Positions 45,161 to 51,759 of a stretch of 54,341 nt of DNA are shown piece after piece. Positions within the stretch are counted from its first letter, which is position 1. Every line of letters starts with the position of its first letter. The notes beneath the pieces were generated by a model. The model did no database searches. It worked only from the letters and a program-made list of their open reading frames with translations, and was not told the origin of the DNA. Location: assembly GCA_012959665.1 (NCBI GenBank), contig DUCT01000257.1:1-54341 (forward strand). Reading direction: 5' to 3'. The translations under genes were made by a program, and so were the position numbers. The DNA comes from Myxococcales bacterium. GTDB lineage: Bacteria > Myxococcota_A > UBA9160 > UBA4427.

Positions 45161-46680
45161 TCGGCGTACCCCAGGGCTTCGAGGCGCGCGCGATCTTCCT
45201 CGCTGAGAAGTACATCCGCCCCGTCCGTCCGGGTATGGCGGCCGCGCCAGGCCTCGATCTCCCCTCGCATCCGGGCCGTCCGCTCGGGTTCCTGCTCGGC
45301 CAAGTTGGTGCGTTCTTCGGGGTCGCTCTCGAGATCGAACAATTCGAGCGTGCCCTCCTCGGGCCCCTCGATCAACTTCCAGCGGCCCCGGCGCAGACCG
45401 AACTTTTCGCCCTCGGCGTAGACCCCCTCCACCCCATCGTCGCCACTGTAGTGCCGTCTATAGAGATGGACGGGACGCTCGGCATCGAGCACGCCCGACC
45501 CGGTCAGAACCTGGGCCATGCTCCCACGGTAAATCGGTCCATCCCCCACGGACCCAGCGAGTTCGAGAACGCTGGGCGCAATATCCGCCAAGCGAGCGGG
45601 CTCGGAAACCACCCCACCTGGGGCTATGTGCCCGGGCCAGCGAGCGATCAGCGGCACCCGCACCCCCTCTTCATAAATATGAACCCCGTGGAACATATGA
45701 CCGTGGGCCATCAGTCCTTCGCCGTGATCCCCGGTCACCATCACCAGGGTATCCGGGTCCAGCCCCCGGCGATCGAAGCCCTTCAACAGATGACCGATCT
45801 CGCGATCCGTGAAGGCGAGCAACATGTCGTAGAAGAAAATTGTTCGATTGAGCTTCAAGGCTTCCCGGGGACCCGGCGTGAAGGGCGGCGCATAGTCGGA
45901 CGGCGGGAGATAGGGGTTATGGGGGTCGAAGTAGTGCACAAAGAGAAAGAAGGGGCGCTCGGGATTTTCGCGTTCATCGAGCCATGCCAGCGCCCGTCGT
46001 GTCGTGTCGTCGGCACGACCGTAAAACTTCCCCCCGACGACCTCGCCTTCCCACAGCCGGTCGCCTGCCAGAACATCGGCCCGAGAAAAATCCGCGTCAA
46101 AATGCGCGAAGCCCTGGCCGAAACCAAAACGCTCCGAAAGCACATAGGAACTCACCACCGCCGCTGTCTCATAGCCCTCGGCCCCGAGGACTTCGGCCAG
46201 GGTTTCGAATTCGGCGTCCAGGGGCCTGCCATTCTTGACCACGCCATGGGCAATCGGAGCGAGGGAGGTAAACAGGCTCGCGTGGCTGGGACCCGTGGTG
46301 GCCGAAGGCGAATAGGCGACCTCGAAGCGCATGCCCTGCTCGGCCAAAGCGGTCAGGGAAGGCGACGTATCGCGCCCGTAGCCGTAGGCCGAGAGATGGT
46401 CCGCCCGGGTGGTGTCCATGGAGATCAGGAGCACGTTGGGACGGGGATCCCGGCCCCGGAGTTCGTCCGTGCTTGGGCCGCAGGCCAGGAGGCCGGCCAG
46501 CACCCAAAGCCCGGGCCACGCCCGACCCCGAGGCGCCGGGTGGCGCTTCGCTTGTTTACGATTCACTTGTTGACACCGCGCTTGGCCAGGCCCGCTCTGC
46601 CCCCGGTCGATCTCGCCACCCCGCATGGGCGCAACATACCGCTGGCGGGCCAGGGCAGCCATTGCAGGATCGGGCTTCAC
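45157..46680 (-). CDS. Lipoprotein-type sulfatase-fold protein with Thr-x-Pro-x-His in place of Cys-x-Pro-x-Arg
   Basis: Lipobox VLAGLLAC/G, LLISMDTTRADHLSAYGY and TGDHGE. The nucleophile region reads SATTGPSHASLFTS. It ends in LEALGYAE. The GTG at 46680 overlaps the upstream TGA (GTGA). Confidence 0.8.
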   Translation of the reverse strand: MKPDPAMAALARQRYVAPMRGGEIDRGQSGPGQARCQQVNRKQAKRHPAPRGRAWPGLWVLAGLLACGPSTDELRGRDPRPNVLLISMDTTRADHLSAYGYGRDTSPSLTALAEQGMRFEVAYSPSATTGPSHASLFTSLAPIAHGVVKNGRPLDAEFETLAEVLGAEGYETAAVVSSYVLSERFGFGQGFAHFDADFSRADVLAGDRLWEGEVVGGKFYGRADDTTRRALAWLDERENPERPFFLFVHYFDPHNPYLPPSDYAPPFTPGPREALKLNRTIFFYDMLLAFTDREIGHLLKGFDRRGLDPDTLVMVTGDHGEGLMAHGHMFHGVHIYEEGVRVPLIARWPGHIAPGGVVSEPARLADIAPSVLELAGSVGDGPIYRGSMAQVLTGSGVLDAERPVHLYRRHYSGDDGVEGVYAEGEKFGLRRGRWKLIEGPEEGTLELFDLESDPEERTNLAEQEPERTARMRGEIEAWRGRHTRTDGADVLLSEEDRARLEALGYAE

Positions 46681-48329
46681 CGCTCCCTACGGCGTTCGTA
46701 GATCGCCAGGGGAGGCCCGTCTTCGCCGGGCCGAGGCGTCGCGAAGCGGTGGGTCGTCGAGAGCAGCCGGCCCGGGGCCAGTTCGGGAATATTGTTGTAG
46801 GCGACATCGGCCACCGGGAGTTCATGGCGCTCAAAGGGATGGACCATCAAGTAACGCCGCACCGCCTGAAGGCTCCGGGGCTGGGCACTTCGCGGAATCA
46901 CGAGGTCGGGCTCCAGAGCCGCTTCCGCCGCATCCGCTTCGGCGGTTCCGGCATGGAAGCGCCCCACCACCCGGCTCCCCAAGTAGTACATGTAGGGCTC
47001 CGCCTCGTAATTCGTGGCAATCGTCAAGGCGGCGGGATCGGAATAGCGGGCCTGGATGAATTCGATCGCGGCGTCCACAGGCCCCACCACCGGCCGGCGG
47101 ATCTCCTGGATGTGGCCCACGAGTTCATCGGCACGAATCCATAGAATGCTCGCCAGGATGACCGCGCTCAATGCAATCCCGAACCTCCTCGGCCCCCGCG
47201 CTTTACGGGTCTCGTGGTCGAGGCCTCGCCAGAGAATTTCCAGATCCAGCAGCAAAACCAGAATGAGCAGCGGGCCGACCGGAACGAAATAGCGCTCGAA
47301 GAAAATCGGGTTGCCGGCCCCCACCAGGGCGTAGAGAACAACCAAGCGGAGCAAGGATCCACGAGCACATAGCAGTCCCGCCGCCGATCCACGCCCCTGG
47401 CGACGGCCAACGAGAAGAACTGCCTCGGCCAGCAAAACCGGACCGAGCAACTCGTAGCGCAGCAGATACTGGGCGAGCAGAACCAAGTTCGCGCCGTAGA
47501 GTTCGGGGCCAAAGCCCCAGCGTTCGGCAAAGATCCGGGAAAGCGTGGGAATCCCGAAAGCCCAGGCGGTGCCCAGAGCCAGGATGCCGAAAGCCGCCAG
47601 AGAAAGCCAAAGCGAACCGGCCCGGCCAACACGGGTGAGCAGCGGGCCCGGCGCCCGGCGGGCCCAGACAAACCACTCGATGCAAACCCAGAGTCCGGCG
47701 GCCAGGGCGGCCGGATGAAAAAAGTTGAACAGAGCCAGCAAGGCTCCCCCCATCCCCCACGCCCGTCCGGCGCCCCCCTCCCCACGCCCGGGCGGACGAC
47801 GCATTTGGAGCCAAACCACGCCGGCCAGACAGGCGAGAGCGGGCGCGTAGTAGCGAACCTCCCGCAGGTGAAGAATCAGCGAGGTCGAGAGACAGAGAAG
47901 CAGGCCATAGCCGGCGAACCCCGCGGCCCGGCCGCGAGTTCGCTCGGAAAAGAGCGGCGACACCGACAGAAACAAAAGCCCAAGCCCGGCCATGCCCAAC
48001 AGGACAAAGGGCAGTCGCACCCGCGCGGTGTGGGCGTGGAGTTCCTCGACGCCCTTGGCGAACTGGACGCCCAGGGCGGCCAGGTAGTACTGGCCCCATA
48101 GGCTTCCCGTGTAGGCGTCGCTTCGGCCCTCCACTGCGTACTCCAGGGGGACCCCCATGCCGAAGACGACGTTCCCCCCGTCGTGGACCTTGGGATAGCC
48201 GTAGTCGAGGATGCGCTGACCGAACATGGCGGTCTCGCCCTCGTCCTGCCAAAAGAGAGGGTGCCCGAGCGCGCCCAACTGCAGCACCGCATAGAGGCAA
48301 CAGGGCAGGACCGCGAGGATCCAGAGCAT
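46677..48329 (-). CDS. GT-C fold polytopic membrane glycosyltransferase (ArnT/PMT_2-like), first gene of the minus-strand operon
   Basis: ATG at 48329 (MLWILAVLPCC). First loop HPLFWQDEGETAMFGQRILDYGYP and at least 11 TM segments. The 250 codons upstream in the 800-aa track ORF are antisense to the GT2 gene at 48477-49247. Confidence 0.65.
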   Translation of the reverse strand: MLWILAVLPCCLYAVLQLGALGHPLFWQDEGETAMFGQRILDYGYPKVHDGGNVVFGMGVPLEYAVEGRSDAYTGSLWGQYYLAALGVQFAKGVEELHAHTARVRLPFVLLGMAGLGLLFLSVSPLFSERTRGRAAGFAGYGLLLCLSTSLILHLREVRYYAPALACLAGVVWLQMRRPPGRGEGGAGRAWGMGGALLALFNFFHPAALAAGLWVCIEWFVWARRAPGPLLTRVGRAGSLWLSLAAFGILALGTAWAFGIPTLSRIFAERWGFGPELYGANLVLLAQYLLRYELLGPVLLAEAVLLVGRRQGRGSAAGLLCARGSLLRLVVLYALVGAGNPIFFERYFVPVGPLLILVLLLDLEILWRGLDHETRKARGPRRFGIALSAVILASILWIRADELVGHIQEIRRPVVGPVDAAIEFIQARYSDPAALTIATNYEAEPYMYYLGSRVVGRFHAGTAEADAAEAALEPDLVIPRSAQPRSLQAVRRYLMVHPFERHELPVADVAYNNIPELAPGRLLSTTHRFATPRPGEDGPPLAIYERRRER

Positions 48330-48476
48330 CTGCCGGAAGGGCTTCGCCCCTCGCTGCCCTCCATCGGCTCGGTCCACCCAGAACTCCCCGCACCCGGTCC
48401 TGACGCCCCCGGGTTCTCGCCAAAGAGTACGGTTCGACAGGCAGATCTCCAGACCCGGGGTAGAATCGCCCAAGCC
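48330..48476. promoter_or_regulatory. 147-bp divergent promoter region between the eight-gene minus-strand operon and the GT2/GT-C plus-strand pair
   Basis: Inferred from the divergent gene starts at 48329 (-) and 48477 (+). No consensus elements identified. Confidence 0.45.
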
Positions 48477-49247
48477 ATGACGGAAACCATTCTTGTCGTC
48501 CCGTGCTTCGATGAAGCCCCTCGGCTGCGGGTCGACCGCTTCTCGGAATACCTGCAACAAGACCCCGATACCGACTTTCTCTTCGTGGACGATGGCAGCC
48601 AAGACGAGACGCCGCGGATATTGGCGGCCCTGGCCGAGGGTTCGGCGGGCCGGGTCGCGGTCCTCACCCAGCCGACCAATCGCGGCAAGGCCGAAGCGGT
48701 TCGCCTGGGGATGAAGCACGCCTTCGAGCGCGGGGTCCGCTACGCGGGGTATTTTGACGCGGATCTCGCCACTCCCCTGGGCGAATTGAGCCGGCTCCGT
48801 GCGGTGCTCGACGAGCACCCGAACATCGAAATGGCCTTCGGCTCGCGCGTGCAACTGCTCGGCCGAAACATTCAGCGCCGGCCCCTGCGCCACTATCTGG
48901 GTCGGGTCTTCGCCACCGTGGCCTCGGAGGTGCTTGGGTTGGCGGTATACGACACCCAGTGCGGGGCCAAACTCTTTCGCACCGGGCCCGAGGTCCGCGA
49001 ACTCTTTGACGAGCCCTTCCTGTCCAGTTGGGTTTTCGATGTTGAACTGATCGCGCGGTGGCGGGCCGCAGAGCAACAACCGGGCCGGCGACCCGCCGGC
49101 GAGGTCATCTACGAGTTGCCCATCAACGAATGGGTGGACGTGACCGGATCGAAAGTACGCCCCAGTGATTTCGTTCGTGCGCTGGTGGAAATCGGGCGTA
49201 TCCGGCGCCGCTATTTCCGGGATTTCGGCCGGGCGGGGCGTGAATGA
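48477..49247 (+). CDS. GT2 glycosyltransferase, ALG5-like (polyprenyl-phosphate beta-glucosyltransferase type)
   Basis: ILVVPCFDEAPRL, LFVDDGSQDET, YFDADLATP and YDTQCGAKLFR. ATG at 48477. Confidence 0.8.
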   Translation: MTETILVVPCFDEAPRLRVDRFSEYLQQDPDTDFLFVDDGSQDETPRILAALAEGSAGRVAVLTQPTNRGKAEAVRLGMKHAFERGVRYAGYFDADLATPLGELSRLRAVLDEHPNIEMAFGSRVQLLGRNIQRRPLRHYLGRVFATVASEVLGLAVYDTQCGAKLFRTGPEVRELFDEPFLSSWVFDVELIARWRAAEQQPGRRPAGEVIYELPINEWVDVTGSKVRPSDFVRALVEIGRIRRRYFRDFGRAGRE

Positions 49248-51247
49248 ACCCCGCCCCCAGCGGCCTTTTTCGCCTTCAAGCCGGAGCCTGGGGGGCGTTG
49301 GGGATTCTGTGCGCGGGCCTGCTTGGCCACGCGATCCTGTTCGACGAAGAGGTGCCTTTCGTGCGAGCCGCGGGCGGGCCCGCCTGGATCATGGCCGCCC
49401 TGCCCCAAACCGCCGACCTGATTGCCGTAGACCCCGCCGCGCCCCCGGCCTACGTCTTTCGCAAGCAGTTTCAAGCCGGGGCCAAAGGGGGTGAGGCTCA
49501 CCTTAGGGGCCGCGCGCTCCGCCACGCTCTCGTACACCTGAACGGTGAGTCCGTTCCCCTGGTGGCCCGGGGAAACGGCTGGAAGCAGGGCTTCGAAGCC
49601 GATCTGCGGGGACGCCTGCGCGAGGGCACGAACAACCTGCGCGTCTCGGTCAGTAACCCCGCCGGGCCAGCCCTGGTGCAACTCGAAGTCGACACCCCCG
49701 GCGGACGCGTGGTCACCGATTCCAGCTGGCAGGTCGTCGCGGGCCCGGGCGCCCCGGGCTACGCCGAAGTCGCCACGGACGTCGCCCTCCACCCCGAGTC
49801 CAGGCAACTGCCCACCCCCCTGGAAGGCGCACCACGCCAAGCCGCCCTTCTCTTCCTGATCTTTGCCGGGACCGCCGGCCTTGCCTGGCGAAGGCCCGGC
49901 TGGACCCGGCGGATCCGCGATGCCCATTGGCCGGTTTTGACCCTGGCCGCAATTACGCTCTTCTGGCTGGCGCTCTTCGGTCTCAAGTTCTGGCGCATTC
50001 CGCTCGGGATCGGCTTCGACGCCCCGGGCCACCTGGCCTACATCGACTTCCTGCTCGAATTCCGCGCCCTGCCCACCGCCGCGTACGGGTTCTCCACCTA
50101 TCACCCCCCGCTCTTCTATGCGATGACCGCCGCCCTGGTCGAGTTCTTCGGAGTCACCGCCGACACCGTGGCCGGGCGAATCGTCTACCACGCAATTCCC
50201 TTCGCCTCGGGGTTGGCCAACGTCTGGCTCACCGCATGGGTGGCCCGGCAGCTCTGGCCCCAGGAGGGTCTGCGGCCCAGCCTCGCCATCGCCACAGCCG
50301 GGCTCCTCCCCATGAACCTCTACATGTCCGCCTACGTCTCCAACGAGCCTTTGCTCGCCGCCTGGGTCAGCGCCGCGCTGGCCTTGGGCACGAGCGTCCT
50401 CCTGGCCCAGCGGGTTCGCCTTCGGGTCCTGGCGTCCCTGGCCGGAGTCCTGGGAGCGGCCCTGCTGACCAAGTTCACCGCTCTGGCCGTGGCACCGGGG
50501 ATCGCGTTCTTCGTCGCGTTGCGAGACGGGTGGGGGGAGGGGAGGGGCGGTCCCGGGCGCGCCCTGGCACGCTTCGGCGGTCTGATGCTCGGCGCCGGCG
50601 CCATCGCGGCCTGGTTCTACTGGCGCAATTGGACACTCTTCGGCGACCCCCTGGTTTGGAATCTCGACGTACCCGGTGCCGCCACCTGGTGGATGCGGCC
50701 CGGCTTCCATACCTCGGCCTGGTATCTGGACTTCGGCGAGTCACTCTCCCATCCCCTCTTCGCGGGCTACGCCTCGTTCTGGGATGGGGTCTATTCGACA
50801 CTCTGGGGCGACGGGCTGGTGGCCGGCATGGCCCGAGCCAGCACTCGGCACGAGTTCTGGAATCACCCCTTCCAGGGACTCACCTACCTTCTTGCGCTAC
50901 CGGTCACCGGGGTCATGGCCGCCGGGGCGATCCGCCTCTGGCAACGCTCCCTGGTGGATCCGTCCCTCGGCCGACGGCTCGTTTTGAGCATGCACACCGC
51001 AGTGCTCTTCGGTCTGGCCTTCTCTCTGCTCTTGATCAGCCTACGCCTACCCTTCTACGCCCAGGCCAAGGCCTTTTACCTTCTTTGCGGAGTCCTTCCC
51101 CTCGCCCTGGCCAGCGCCGAGGGGCTCGGCGGAGCGGCGAGATGGCTCGGACGATCCCCCGGCCCGTGGTCCCGAGCCCTGGGCTGCGCGGGGCTCGGAT
51201 GGCTGACAAGCCTGGCGGCATGCATCGTGCTGGCCCACTTGGGCTAA
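49244..51247 (+). CDS. GT-C fold (PMT_2-like) membrane glycosyltransferase with an N-terminal periplasmic beta-sandwich-like domain
   Basis: The ATG overlaps the preceding stop (ATGA). One TM is followed by about 170 aa containing VHLNGESV...GFEADLRGRLREGTNNLRVSVSN (a galactose-binding-domain-like pattern). Next come the GIGFDAPGHLAYIDF loop and at least 11 TM segments. Confidence 0.6.
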   Translation: MNPAPSGLFRLQAGAWGALGILCAGLLGHAILFDEEVPFVRAAGGPAWIMAALPQTADLIAVDPAAPPAYVFRKQFQAGAKGGEAHLRGRALRHALVHLNGESVPLVARGNGWKQGFEADLRGRLREGTNNLRVSVSNPAGPALVQLEVDTPGGRVVTDSSWQVVAGPGAPGYAEVATDVALHPESRQLPTPLEGAPRQAALLFLIFAGTAGLAWRRPGWTRRIRDAHWPVLTLAAITLFWLALFGLKFWRIPLGIGFDAPGHLAYIDFLLEFRALPTAAYGFSTYHPPLFYAMTAALVEFFGVTADTVAGRIVYHAIPFASGLANVWLTAWVARQLWPQEGLRPSLAIATAGLLPMNLYMSAYVSNEPLLAAWVSAALALGTSVLLAQRVRLRVLASLAGVLGAALLTKFTALAVAPGIAFFVALRDGWGEGRGGPGRALARFGGLMLGAGAIAAWFYWRNWTLFGDPLVWNLDVPGAATWWMRPGFHTSAWYLDFGESLSHPLFAGYASFWDGVYSTLWGDGLVAGMARASTRHEFWNHPFQGLTYLLALPVTGVMAAGAIRLWQRSLVDPSLGRRLVLSMHTAVLFGLAFSLLLISLRLPFYAQAKAFYLLCGVLPLALASAEGLGGAARWLGRSPGPWSRALGCAGLGWLTSLAACIVLAHLG

Positions 51248-51257
51248 GCCGTTCCAG

Positions 51258-51288
51258 CCCTGGGCCGTCCTACCCCTGGGCCGTCCTA
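51258..51288. repeat. 15/16-bp tandem duplication (CCCTGGGCCGTCCTA x2) just after a stop codon, followed by TAG ATC TAG ACC TAG
   Basis: Read directly. The TAA stop of the preceding gene is at 51245-51247. Confidence 0.9.
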
Positions 51289-51383
51289 GATCTAGACCTA
51301 GAAGGGCCCGGCCGAGACCGCGCGGGCGGAGACCCGAGGCGGAGGCCGCCCTGGCGCCGCCGGGGGAGTGAGGCGGGACGATC

Positions 51384-51413
51384 GCGAGAGGGGGGCGACA
51401 CCCCCCCCCTCGC
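51384..51413. terminator. GC-rich hairpin in the convergent intergenic region (possible terminator, no U-tract)
   Basis: GCGAGAGGGGGG (51384-51395) pairs with CCCCCCCCCTCGC (51401-51413) around the loop CGACA. Confidence 0.3.
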
Positions 51414-51759
51414 TGATCTCTACCAGGCCTGATGCTCCTCGCGGTGTCGAATGGGCCCCACCGAACCAGGAAAACGCTGGATGCAAGCGATGGCCCCGCC
51501 TTGGCTCACCTAAAATGACGGTGGCAGCCTCGGCAAAGGGCCGATTCGGCGTAAGGGATCAACCCATCTTTACCGTAAATTGTTCGACTGGCAATGATCC
51601 GAGGGACCCCCAAGCCGAGGCTCCAAATCGCAAGAGGATTAGAATCCCATTCAAATTCAAATAGTTACGGATTTTTCGAGTTGACGAAAGCAGCCAGGAA
51701 AAACAATTCTAGGGGAATTTTCTGATGTCGTTCGAAAAAGATCTGACGGGTCTGGCGTA

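Noticed and set aside
43499-45421. 640-aa plus-strand ORF, and likewise 45235-46701 (+), 51889-53931 (+), 49211-50710 (-), 31525-33285 (-) and 47203-48423 (-).
   Set aside because: These are shadows of, or alternative frames to, the sulfatase-fold genes, uvrD and the GT-C genes. They show compositional bias only and no motifs.
48330-49079. The N-terminal 250 codons of the 800-aa track ORF 46677-49079 (-).
   Set aside because: This part is antisense to the well-supported ALG5-like GT2 gene (48477-49247) and has no TM or domain features. The membrane protein begins convincingly at ATG 48329 (MLWILAVLPCC).
51686-51698. GAAAGCAGCCAGG, which resembles the conserved GGAAGCAGCCA of SRP (4.5S) RNA domain IV.
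   Set aside because: The flanks are AT-rich and do not form the long GC-rich SRP hairpin, and the 5' side GNAR tetraloop context is missing.
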